Assembly (NCBI GenBank): GCA_973895155.1
Contig: OZ316895.1
Coordinates: forward strand, 8,978,184-9,042,183
DNA: 64,000 bases
Origin: Marsupella aquatica
Lineage: Eukaryota > Plantae > Marchantiophyta
Direction: 5' to 3'
The translations under genes were made by a program, and so were the position numbers. Of this stretch, positions 1 to 10,936 are shown piece by piece (within the stretch, counting starts at the first letter, position 1; the number at the start of each line of letters is the position of its first letter). The notes under the pieces are model-generated. The model was not told the DNA's origin and ran no database searches. It saw nothing but the letters and a program-made list of their open reading frames with translations.

Positions 1-415
1 AAGAATTTGAGACCATGTACTACTGTAGATGTTTTCTCGGCGTGCTTTCGGGAGTCCGGTCTCACCCTGATCGTTCCTTCTTCTGTGCGGAGAGAACAGC
101 TGATCTGCTGATGAGAGGAGCGACGAGGAGAGACGAGGGGAGACTGGAACTGAGAGAAACCTCGGAAACAGTAAGAATGGGATCGCAGTCTGTGCAAACG
201 AGGAGGAGGTGAGGGTACGGAACTACGGCGAATTAGTGGTAGCGCAGTGGAGTTGTTAATTATTATCGATGGAGGCAATGATAATTGTACTGCTGAGATG
301 GTCTGGGAATTCGTTAGTTTCGTTAGGGTATGAGAGGGCCACGAAGGTCGGTCTCGATGCGTGTCTATAACGATTTTAGAGACTTTGCGGGTGTGAGGGC
401 GTGTGTTTGAGACTG

Positions 416-3168
416 ATGAATGAGAAGAGCTCAGAAGCGGCTGAGTTTGGGGAGAGTGCAACAATGAGCGTCGATCCTGACAACACTGGGAGGCCCGGGG
501 GCGCGAGTTTGGCATTGACCGTGATGACATTCAACCTGCACCGGGACAAGCCAACGGATGGACCGAACTCGTGGGAGCACCGGCGGGACCTCTGCGCGAA
601 TCTCATCGATCAATTCGCTCCTCTCGTCGTCTGCACCCAAGAAGGTTTCCGAATTCCTCCTCTCCACTATTCTGGGTGTCATGATGTCCATGCTGATTTC
701 TGGCCGGGCCTTTGTGACTCAAGCTCAGAAACTTAGTTTTATTCGAAATTGGGACTCGTTTGTAGGTCTCTATTTATGTTGGAGAGAAACATCAATGAGA
801 TCATTTGCAACTTAGCTACTGGAGACTCGCAGGCTAGTTTAGGGTCGTGGTTTTGTCACTCAGGCTCCAATGCTGGCCGTGCGTGCCGCATTGGATTGCG
901 TTTTTGTAGCCATTGTCTCCTAACTCCATGGAATGCCGTTGGGAGTACAGGATTGAAATCTCAACTGGAGGATTTGGCGACTGCACTACCTGGTGCATTT
1001 CTTTCCTTACAAGATTCATGCTGTGAAATTGCATTTCGAAGCTTTACCCAACAATGAAAGTGTTAATTAACATATGCTGCTACTTATTTAACTTTATTCC
1101 GTTCTGTTTGGCTCGTGGTCTGCTGCACCGTCCAGGTTACGAGCAGTTTGGGATGTCCAGGAAAGGCCCAAGTGACCCAAACGAGGAGCATTGTGCCATA
1201 TTGTACGCCGCAGACAAGGTACCTTTCTCCATATTCTCGTGGCACCTCACTTTTAAGGATTTGTGGTAGACTACAGGAAGGAGCGATAATGAGGTTTGGG
1301 GATTCTGCTCACGCGATTTCACTGGTTTTTAGGTGGAGAAGATGGATGGAGGAACCTTCTGGCTGTCAGAGTCACCTGAAGTGCCCGACAGCAACTCGTG
1401 GAAAGCTGAACATCCATGCATTGCAACGTGGGTTATATCCTTGAAACACTGTTAGTCTTAAATGTTCTCGTTCAATACGCTTAGTTTTCGGTGGTCTCGA
1501 GGCTATTGCAGTAAGCTGTTGCCGGCACCCTGAGGAAAAACTCCCCAGGATATGCAAATTCAACGTAGTTCAGTAAGGACGTCCCTATTATCGTATACGT
1601 TTTCTATATCGGGTTTACTTTCTACTGCAACCCTCCTTTCCCTATCATGTGACTCGAGGGAGGATGTTGCAAGTGACGATTTGTAGCATCTGGCACATAT
1701 TCAAAAGTGTATACTTTCTTCTTCTGATGATGACATTGAAACGTTTGTGGCGAAAACATTGTTATGGAGTCAAGTTATGGACTCACCTTTGTGCATTGTT
1801 GGACTTGACCGAGTTTTCCACACATTCCAATTGAAGGGAGTGCAGCAACCAGAGTTTGCATTTCAAATTCTTAGCACTCATTTGGACCGCAACAGTTCCC
1901 GAGCCCGTCGTCGTGGTGCTCTGCTGATATGGCAACACATTGCAACGCTGCCACCGAGCTTGCCAGTAATCTTCTGTGGATCTTTTGAAACGGTTAAGGA
2001 ATCCACTGCAGGGCGGTTTCTACTCGGACGAACAAGGTACTTTACGTTCTAAGCTTGTTCCTCAAGTGGTCGGGATGTTGCACAGGGAACGAAATGCGGA
2101 AAATGCGCTTTACGTCAGAAGCCTGTGACTGGCTGATGGAACTTTCAACCGTTTATGTTCGTGCTCAAAGACGAACCTGCTACAAACGAGACTTTGCGCG
2201 AGGATACTGATTTCCATTTTCTTCGGTCTGTAAGTTATGTCCTAATGAGATATTACAACTTAGCAAGAAACAAGAATTGAGAGAATTTCATTCTCATCTC
2301 TAGTTCATAATTTTTTCATTGCCCTCCTGGCTCGCCTACCAGCCCTTTGACTTGAAAGGTTGCAATGACCAAGTGTTCTCTCAACACTTGCGCAAGATTT
2401 TTTTTTAGAAAATGTGGAGGGACCCTAAGGAAAGGTTTCTAATGACACCCTCATCTAGAGAGGTTTCTTGATGTCTGAAGTGTTTTGACAGAGCTGCTGT
2501 ACCGACTTTTGTCAAAATTCCTGTGAAACATGTGGGCTTCTCTCCTGAGATACAGCTAAAGGGCTTTCAATATGTCGGTGTGATAAGAACTGTCAATGAC
2601 ATTCTTAACCCGAATGTAGAAGTGCCTCGTGATGAGTTTCAAGTGGCCACCAATTGATTCTGTGAACATTTTCAACGAGGTGCAGGGAGCACGGAGTTGC
2701 CGGGGATTTGAGAGACGGTTGGGGTGCAGCACGGCAGCGCCGCAATCGTTCAATTGTCTACACACAACATGACTTTCAAGGTCAGTTTCAAGATTAGTGA
2801 AGTGAAGGATACTGTACTTTGGAGTTAAACATTGAAGGGAAGGACGGAATTTCTCGATTGTTATCTTCAACGTGAGGCTTGGACTGACCCGACGTTGTCC
2901 TGGACTTTCTGATGGCTTTTCAGGGGAAAGGAAATCGACGAAGGAGATTTTAAAACTTCTTTTCCTAGCACTTTGTATGTGCTGGGACCGCCAAAATCAG
3001 GACTTACACGTGGACTGGATTTTGTTTCGCGGAAGAGCACTTGTCCCAGTGTACAGTGAAGTAGTGGATTACAATGTTGATGGCCGTTATCCTTCTGACC
3101 ATTATCCAATGTTTGTGCAATTTGCCCTTCCTCGGAGTGTCAACAGGATTGACGAGGAGCTAAATTGA
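416..3168 (+). CDS. EEP (endonuclease/exonuclease/phosphatase, DNase I-like) family protein, 7 coding exons
   Basis: Exons read manually: 416-644, 951-992, 1136-1218, 1333-1434, 1822-2036, 2686-2780, 2924-3168. They join in frame to give LTVMTFNL..WEHRRDLC..CTQEG/LKSQL..GTFWLSESP..CIATW/VTFQLKG..RARRRGALLIWQHIA..DLHVDWILFRG..YPSDHYP, the EEP motifs. Five introns are GT-AG and intron 4 is AT-AC. The start codon (416, 464 or an upstream exon near 177) is uncertain. Confidence 0.92.
1435..1821 (+). other. U12-type (minor spliceosome) AT-AC intron
   Basis: The 5' end ATATCCTTG matches the U12 donor RTATCCTT. A branch-like GGACTTGAC lies at 1801-1809, about 12 nt before the terminal AC at 1820-1821. 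Removing the intron restores CIATW-V-T-FQLKG in frame. Confidence 0.9.
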
Positions 3169-3581
3169 GCCATCTCCTCTGACCCGTTATTGTAATGTGA
3201 AAGTTTGATTTTGTCTCGAAATTAATAACCTCGTATTTTCAAGGAGGCCCAGATCTTACCAGTGTACACTAGCATGAGGCCTTGCTTGAAAATACCAGGC
3301 ACAGTTGCAGTATACCGAATTTGCCTGATGGTGCTCGGTGGAGGCTGTAAATGAACAGCAATTGGTATTGAATATTTTCCCATAGATAGAAATGTCTGTT
3401 CGTTAGGAAGCAGAGAATTGTATCATTCTGATTTACAGCTGAAATCTATCATCTAAGTTATCTGTGTGCTCATAAACGTGCACTGGAAGCATCTATTGGA
3501 TTGTCATTAGGTGTGTAAAGAGCTCAAAATCCTGTATTACCGGTGCAATGGCATGTGCCCTTTCTTTTTTTTAGTTATAAA

Positions 3582-3688
3582 GGCCGGAATGCTTGAGTGT
3601 GCAAATTTTTTTTCTTACAATTTTGGCCCCTATAGGCCCAATGAAGAAAAAATTGCCAAATAGCAATTCCGAAAACGAAATTCGGGCC
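3582..3688. mobile_element. Small degenerate foldback MITE (Tourist/PIF-like)
   Basis: Ends ggccggaat...attcgggcc, internal symmetry gcaaatttttttctt / aagaaaaaattgc, flanked by TAA(A) and TTA. Confidence 0.45.
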
Positions 3689-4699
3689 TTACTTCGTACC
3701 CAGGCCATGAAAAGCACCTGTAAAGATCTTCGCTGAAGCCAAACTTGAAGAATTCAATTATCAGATCACTACAATTAAATATTAGGATCTCCATTTCATT
3801 TTTAGTCTTCTGTCGTTTTCAAGTTAATTTCGACCATACAACAAGGATCAGTTTGGAATTTAAAGTAGTTCCCATATTTATCAAATTTATAGAGTTATTT
3901 GACATATCTTTTTATGGGTACAAGGAGCCTGGGTTAGCACAAACATGTTATTGACGCATTGGGTTAGTGCATTAGCAGGTCATCCAGGAAATTGGTAGAT
4001 TGACGCAGCCAATCTACCAATTGGGTGATTAGTTTGAATGATTGTGAAGGTAGAGGCAATTCAGAATTAGAGGGAAGCAAGATGAGCACCAATACGGAGA
4101 TCCAATTGACTTCACCTTCCATGTTACACAATGAGCTCATCCAAATGTTCTCTGTGATTACACATGCTCTAGTCACAATGATCATAAGTGGTCACATGGC
4201 ATTCATGCAACAGGGCACATAACTTCCAGACAACACTTAAGATACTTCTAGGAACTTAGCTTTTTCATTGAATTTAAGAATCCCTACGGGGAGACAAGAC
4301 GAAGGGGTCCATTCAAGAAATAATTGCATTAATTGGAATATAACATGAAGAAGTGGTGTTTACTAGCCTATGATGTGTCCTTCCATGATCAACAGACAAC
4401 AAGAAAGCTGATTAAGCTCCAACACATTGGCTGGTACTTTATTAGTGGATCATGGATTAGTCACAACCAAATTAAAGATTCATTCTTGCCCTATACATGT
4501 ATATATAAAAAAAAAGTTCATTTCAAATTCAAACTATAACATTATTGGTTATATTCAAACTATAATATTTTCTTATAAAATAGGGTGTCCTAAGAAAACA
4601 CTAAGCCACACACCCAAGCTGCACACTAGCCACAAGTAGCAAAATCAAAGACATTAAAATAAGCCACATGACTACACAACAGTGCAATCTGGGATAAAA

Positions 4700-7365
4700 G
4701 TATTTCGCTCCTGTAGAGCTGTGCCGTCTTATCAGCCATCTCAAATTTCCAAACTTGAGAATTGTCCAGGCCACATAGCAGCAAGGAGAACCACTACACA
4801 GGGCAATAGCCAGGGCCATCCCATTGTGCAGGGCCCCACAATAGCACCAGGATAAGCAGTGTCCCAAAAACTATCCTTCTTTCACTCATATACGGACTCT
4901 CTGTGTTGTCTAGAAAGCCATTTGAGAATTCCAAGCCTAGGAATTCTGTAGGCCACATAGCAAAAGGAGAACCACTACCAGGAGAATTCCCCCCAAGGGA
5001 ACCACTCTGCCTGTCCTGGAATGTAGTCATTGTAACCTTCACACAACACCAGTTTATACACAAGGAATTAGTGTTGAAATCAAGATGCTTAGAATTTTAC
5101 TAAAGTATGTATCAGATATGTTTTACTGAGTTTCACAAAGGCTACCAGAAGTTAAGTCATTGGCAGCCAAATTTTCAACATCAGGTTTATCTATCTTTTG
5201 TGCAAATAAGATAGATTCTACGGTATACCAAACCACTCAGATCGCACTTCTCAACCAAAGGGCTAGTGGGCAGTGTGCTGAGCATACCCCATTGTTGTGG
5301 GCACATATAACTTTGTGGGAATATACCACTTTCTGACATGCTGCTACTCCCAGCGATTGGCGGCAGTGTGTTGAAATCAAAGGTTGGGTATGAACTACAC
5401 GTGCTGCTACTGCTAGCCATCGAGGGATCTGGAATTTGGGCAAGATCAGCAGCTTGCAGCCCATTTTGAGTTGAGGAACTACCATCGAAACCCTGCCTGC
5501 ATCAGTACCCAGATCCCAGAATTCTTTTAGTTAAAATGCAGCTTTACACAAAAAGTATCAACAAACCCAGTGAAGAAAAATCCCATCATCTTGCCCTGTT
5601 TGAAAGCCATTTCTTTTGGCTCTATGAAACCACAGTTGCCCCCTACATGAGCTATGGTTTCCCCTAGCTATCACTGTAAACATTTCACAACTACAAGTAA
5701 GTGTACATAGAGTGCAAATTGCAAACAATCGTTGCAGTCTAATGGGCTGTGGATGACCGGGCTGCAGGACAATAGAACCGGGCACCATTAGAAATTCCAG
5801 AAATTAAATGGCTTATGGCCCTTTACGTTGAGACACTCTTATCATCCTATTATGGAGACTCGAAGCAATATTTACTAACAGGAGGTGATGAATTGAAAAG
5901 AACTCAAGTAGACAGTAAGGGAACAACTAAAAGAAATGCTTATTTAGATAAATTGCAAATAAGATAAGTAGGCAGTAAGGGAAGGAAAGACGTGATGGCC
6001 CCCCCCCCCCCAGGAGGAAACAATGTCCATGAGGCACCACCTTTCGAAAAGGGACTTGCTGGGCCCCCATCCCTGTCGCACCTCCCCAATCAACCAAGGA
6101 AGTCCCATCCCCAGAAAAAAAAAAAAACACCCAAATTCCTCAGCATCCTGGTGGGATACTTGAAGAAGAAAGTGAATTCATGCCATGGACCTTAAACGCT
6201 GCTGCGCTTCTCCACTTGGTTGCTGGAGCAACAATGTCCATTGCTGCTCACTACAGGTCTGTGACGCGGCAGGGGCTCCACAGGGGTCGCAGGGACGGGC
6301 CCGCAGCAAGTCCCTTTTGAAAGACAGGGCCTCACGGGGGTTTTCTCCCTGCAGGGCCCTGTTGAACAACTCTGTTACTGGGCTGCAAGGGGACTCAAAA
6401 GGCCCCCATGGAAACTAATCTCAAACGCCTTGAGTTGAAATCTTCGATTACCTGTCAAGAAAACTCACAGAATTAACTGAATTCTTTCCTGAATTTCTGA
6501 ATTCTTTTCTGAATTTCTGAATTCTTTTTTTTTCCTTTCTTTTTTCCGACGAAACAAAATAACTTTATTCCGAAAAAATACTGGAACCAACAAAGGCCCT
6601 GCCTGAGAATTTCTTTCCTTTCTTTCCTTTCCTTTCTTTTCTTTCCTTTCTTTTCTTTCCTTTCTTTTCTAAATTTCTGAATTCCTTTCCGGACATGCGA
6701 TGAAGAACATGAAAGAAAAGTTGCATGAAAAGTGAGAATTGGTAATCGGACGATCAGGGGACAAAACGACCCAGATGGGAACTAATCTGAAACGTCTCGA
6801 ATTAAAACCTTCGACTACTTCAAATGCTGTCAAGACAACATACAGGAATGACCTGGGCAGGACATGTGATTGAGAACATGAAAGAACCTTTTGTATGAAA
6901 CGCGAAAATTGATAAACGGCTGATCAAAACGAGAGAATAAGCGACAGGACATAAAACGATTCGAAGGCGGTAGGCACATGTTGTACACCTACGAAATGCA
7001 GGTTAGAATCGACAGAGTGAGTACCGTAACGATGGTAGTTCTTCAGCGCGCTTTAGTGAGGCGTCATTCTTCGCTCGTTTGCCTCGTTTCGGCTTGGCAG
7101 GCTTGGCAGGTTTGGCAGGTTTTGCAGGTTTGGCATCAACAGTGCTCACTCGTTCGCCACTTGCACGTTTGGCAGCAACAGTCATACCGATTTTTGTTGA
7201 CGCGCCTTCCATCAGCCAAGCCACCACCTTCCCATGAGACATTCCAAGTGCAGACTTCAACTCAACATACGGTATTATGTAACTTGTTGGAAGCCTAGCA
7301 TGGAGCGTGTCCCCGCGTCGGTGATAATCTTTTCGATCGGAAGGGTAACGACGGCGAGGTGCCAT
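4700..7365 (-). pseudogene. Spliced minus-strand gene remnant, probably transposon-derived (basic N-terminus with PAK repeats)
   Basis: First exon from the ATG at 7365 reads MAPRRRYPSDRKDYHRRGDTLHARLPTSYIIPYVELKSALGMSHGKVVAWLME..KPAKPAKPAKPAKPKRGKRAK, with a plausible GT donor near 7022. Further exon-like GC-rich blocks lie at ~6140-6400, ~5328-5497 (QGFDGSSSTQNG..PPIAGSSSMSES, AG/GT bounded) and ~4800-5035 (with stops). TE origin is inferred; no termini were found. Confidence 0.4.
6405..6930. repeat. Degenerate local duplications plus (CTTT)n and TTCTGAA simple repeats
   Basis: 6405-6480 resembles 6771-6855, and 6691-6756 resembles 6860-6926. Pyrimidine microsatellite at 6610-6670. Confidence 0.6.
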
Positions 7366-7431
7366 CGGAATCGGTGACAACAGCCCTCCTGCTGTCAACA
7401 AAAACACTAGAACACAAACACTAGAACACTG

Positions 7432-7530
7432 ACCACAGAAGCGACTCACGAAGGAAAGTTATGTGGACATGTTGCATCCACAGACCACGGAAGCGACTCA
7501 CGAAGGAAAGTTACGTGGAAATGTTGCACC
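7432..7530. repeat. ~52-bp tandem duplication
   Basis: accac(a/g)gaagcgactcacgaaggaaagtta(t/c)gtgga(c/a)atgttgca occurs twice. Confidence 0.8.
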
Positions 7531-7818
7531 CATTTTTAGTAAAATTGTGGATCTACGTCGCACGGTAGAGGAGGGGTGTGAAAAAGGGAGTTTTCTAAAA
7601 TGGGAGGAGCCGGAGTGGGTTCTGTGTTCTTGAGATTTTACTCGATTTCTGTACAATTCTGTTCTCGAAAAGACACCAGTAGCTTGGGATGGGTGTGGAC
7701 ATGACATGCCACAAAAGAACTGGTCCACAAGCTGTGCGATTAAATGGCCTCCAATGTGTGGATGTTGTCGCCGGAACAACCTGGCGTAGGCTGAAAATGG
7801 TGGTCGTCACGTCGCGAG

Positions 7819-8696
7819 ATGTTAATGGAGCCCGAGCTGTCATTTCAATTGGGCTCTGGTTTCACTGAAGCACTCGATTTGGCAGTGCCCGTCCGGTACC
7901 CAAAGCAGCTCCACGAGGCCATGAGGAGTGCACTCTTCGGGGACAAGAAGAGTCTATGCTCTGTGGTGAGCATTGCGGCCTGTGAGCTTTTCGGTGGAGA
8001 GCAAGCGACCGTCATGCCAATTGCGTGCGCGATGGAGATGATTTATGACTCGTCTGTGGTCTTCGATCATTTCATGGACGAGCATGAGAAGCTAGTCCTT
8101 TGGGGAGATCATTATAATGTCACAAGCGAAGAAGCGACTGCAATACTTACTGGAGACGCCCTCATTGGTAAAGCATTTGAGCACATCGCGCAGGAGACAA
8201 AGGGGTGAGCTCCGAGGACGTGTTGCGCGTGATTGCCCGCGTGGGTAGGAGTTTGGGGCTGGAGGGGATGGTTGCTGGTAATTTTGCGAATCTAGAAACG
8301 GACGTCCAATTTGATCTGGAGATTGTGGAATTTATCCATCTCCACAAAATTTCAACTATGGTGGATTGTTATATTGTCTGCGGTGCAATTGTGGGAGGTG
8401 CATCAAATAAAGACGTCGAGAGATTGGCAGAGTATGGTCGCACCTTAGGATTGCTTGTCCAGGTGGTGGATGAGCTCGTGGATGCAATGATGGGGACCAA
8501 AGAGCGCGGTGATTCTTCCGAAGGGCAACCCTGGTGCATGGGCAGCAAGTCTTATCCTGGAATCCTCGGGTTGAAGAAGACAAAGCAGTTTGCTGACGAT
8601 CTGCTTCGACACGCTCGAACGCAGGTTTCCAATTTCGACCCCGTCAGAGAGGCTCCTTTAATTGCCATCGTGGACGATGTATTTAAGCGCCAGTAG
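7819..8696 (+). pseudogene. Divergent geranylgeranyl diphosphate synthase (GGPPS)-like gene, one frameshift at ~8205, catalytic motifs degenerate
   Basis: ALDLAVPVRYPKQLHEAMR..IAACELFGG..MPIACAMEMI..GDALIGKAFEHIA and EGMVAG..FIHLHK..GLLVQVVD..SYPGILGL..FDPVREAPL..RQ are collinear with plant GGPPS. The first DDxxxxD reads FDHFMD and the second DDxxD reads DELVD; GGKR and RRG are lost. One missing G in aaggggtg splits the ORF. Confidence 0.88.
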
Positions 8697-8708
8697 CAGA
8701 ACCCTTCC

Positions 8709-8852
8709 TTTCTCCAAGCGCGGGTCATCCTCCCGATAGGATATGTCGGTGACATCGTGGATTACAATGTTGATGGCCGTTATTCGGCTAACCATTATAG
8801 AATATGTGTGGAACTTGGCCTTCCTCGGAGTGTCAACAGGATTGACGAGGAA
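8709..8852 (+). pseudogene. Duplicated copy of the EEP gene last exon (source ~3020-3160)
   Basis: gtggattacaatgttgatggccgttat..accattat..ccttcctcggagtgtcaacaggattgacgagga is shared with 3064-3159. It translates to VDYNVDGRYSANHYRICVELGLPRSVNRIDEE versus VDYNVDGRYPSDHYPMFVQFALPRSVNRIDEE. Confidence 0.93.
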
Positions 8853-10481
8853 CATAGCAATCTCTGCTCATATATGTACATGTGCAATTATAGCATAGAG
8901 ATATGAGGAATGACAATGTATGTCTTCTCATTAGTTCCCTAGGATGTCTTCTCATTAGGAGATCGACAATGCTAGAACAGTGCTAGCCATCTATGCTCAT
9001 ATCTGTGCATAGGATATCTTGGATACTTTCTTAGTCAGTATTGCCGCATAGGATATAAGTCTTTCAAAACCTCGGTGAGCATATTCATTGACTCAAGGTA
9101 AAGGTGGATCCCCTTCGGTCAGCCACGTTCATTGGCCGAAAGGAAAATTTCTGCCTGTACTGGCCTGAGAAAGGTATTCGGCTCGGGGATAGCTCCAGTG
9201 TAGTTAATTCCACAGTTTCGAACTCTTTGGAGGTGTTTAACTTCACAAGTCCCATCAGTATTGATGGTATTGTATTATCATTCCTGAGTATATTTCTGGG
9301 GCATTTTCGCCTGATTCTTCGAACAATTCAGCAATAGCACGCTCCATACATCGAGTGCATCCTCAATGTTTCAATTCGAAACAAATTTGGCTTGGTGGGG
9401 TCCATTCTGTAGATCCTTCTTGTGTTTCAGGAGCATCTGTGTGGCTCCTGGACCTAAACGGTATTGCCACTGCCTTCACGGACTTCAAAATAGGTGCGTT
9501 TTTAGAGTGCTGCCCAGGATCTTACGCTTCTGGTTAAAAGTATTGTGTGCAGAAGGTGGTGCTAAAATTCCTGTTTAGTTGCAAACTTAAGTGTTCTCGA
9601 TGGATGTCATTGTTTGGTTTTGTTCCTGATTACATGAATGAAGTTTCGAATAAAATTCAGTCATGTAGCGACTAATATCATTGACTCAATCTCTGTTGTA
9701 AGATATCTCACGACATGAAACTGAACTGAGCTAGAGCCACTATAATTATACCTCACACGGACAGTAATCGATTGAGTCGTAGACTACTACTGTGGAGTAG
9801 CTCTCGCTGCGCGAAACGATGCATAGGAGTAGGTATGAAGGCATCTAAGAATCACATATAAGTAGTAGCTATGTATCGTTTGCAGCTTCAACTTTGATTA
9901 TGGCGGAGGCTACACGCGCGTACAACCGGGCAGGGTCTCCTAGTTAAAACTCTGCTGTCCCGACAGTTTGCCAAGTGCAATTTGGCAGTCGCCAGAATGC
10001 CCACCTGATTTCTTCACGGCAAGATAGACGCCGACATGGATACTTAGTCCCCTTCGTGATTTTTCTCTTTGTATTTGTCAGGGTATTCTTTGAGAGATGC
10101 ACAGTCAAGATTTGGATCACCTGATTAGGAAGATTCTCCTCTAAACAGGACGTTACTATACTCAAACAAACTTTTCGGGCAGTGAGAGAGTGAGGGCCGC
10201 GACCGGGGAGCGTTTCCTGCCGTTGACGAATTGGAACAAGTCGTTACGTTTGTTTTTGATAGAATTTCTTGTTGTCTCCTATCTGGATGTCCTCGAGGAT
10301 TTGTTTGTTGTCTCATATCACCGATTGGCTTGTTTGCCACCGGGTTTGCCACCGTGGGTCTGGCCTCTAGCTTACACACGTGAAAGTGTAAGGAATTGAA
10401 GCTGCTGTTCACTCGCCCTGATTAAGGAGCCCCTTGTACATGGGGATGCGGAAAGGCAGGTCGACCTTACTGAGATTAGAG

Positions 10482-10625
10482 TCATTGAGCCTCCGTGGAA
10501 GAAGAGAAGTGGTCCAAAGTCGGAGTAGCTTGCTCACGTTTATCCGCATATCATTGAGCCTCCGTGGAAGAAGAGAAGTGGTCCAAAGTCGGAGTAGCTT
10601 GCTCACGTTGATCCACATATCATTG
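10482..10625 (+). repeat. 69-bp near-perfect tandem duplication (23 codons)
   Basis: tcattgagcctccgtggaagaagagaagtggtccaaagtcggagtagcttgctcacgtt.. starts at 10482 and 10551. Confidence 0.95.
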
Positions 10626-10691
10626 TGTATATGTATTGTCTATATGTATGGATTGGATACCTCGGCACGATGCCTCCTGGTGTTCATTGAG

Positions 10692-10936
10692 TACCCAAAT
10701 TTAGTCCTTGAGCCACCTTGCGAAACTTGTTTGGCTCCGGGTGTAGCTGCTTCACGAACGTCGACCTCGTAAGTGCTACCCAAATTTAGTCCTTGAGCCA
10801 CCTTGCGAAACTTGTTTGGCTCCGGGTGTAGCTGCTTAACGAACGTCGACCTCGTAAGTGCTACCCAATTTAGTCCTTGAGCCACCTTGCAAAACTTGTT
10901 TGGCTCCGGGTGTAGCTGCTTCACGAACGTCGACCT
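10692..10936 (+). repeat. 85-bp tandem triplication
   Basis: tacccaaatttagtccttgagccaccttgcgaaacttgtttggctccgggtgtagctgcttcacgaacgtcgacct starts at 10692, 10777 and 10862. Confidence 0.95.

Noticed and set aside
7819-8696. Intronless GGPPS as proof of retroposition
   Set aside because: Plant GGPPS genes are commonly intronless, and no poly(A) tail or TSD was seen.
8694-8702. Canonical programmed readthrough signal
   Set aside because: The context TAG-CAG-AAC does not match the TMV-type UAG-CAR-YYA motif.
10482-10936. CRISPR-like regularly spaced repeats
   Set aside because: The units are contiguous tandem copies without unique spacers, the context is eukaryotic, and there are no cas genes.
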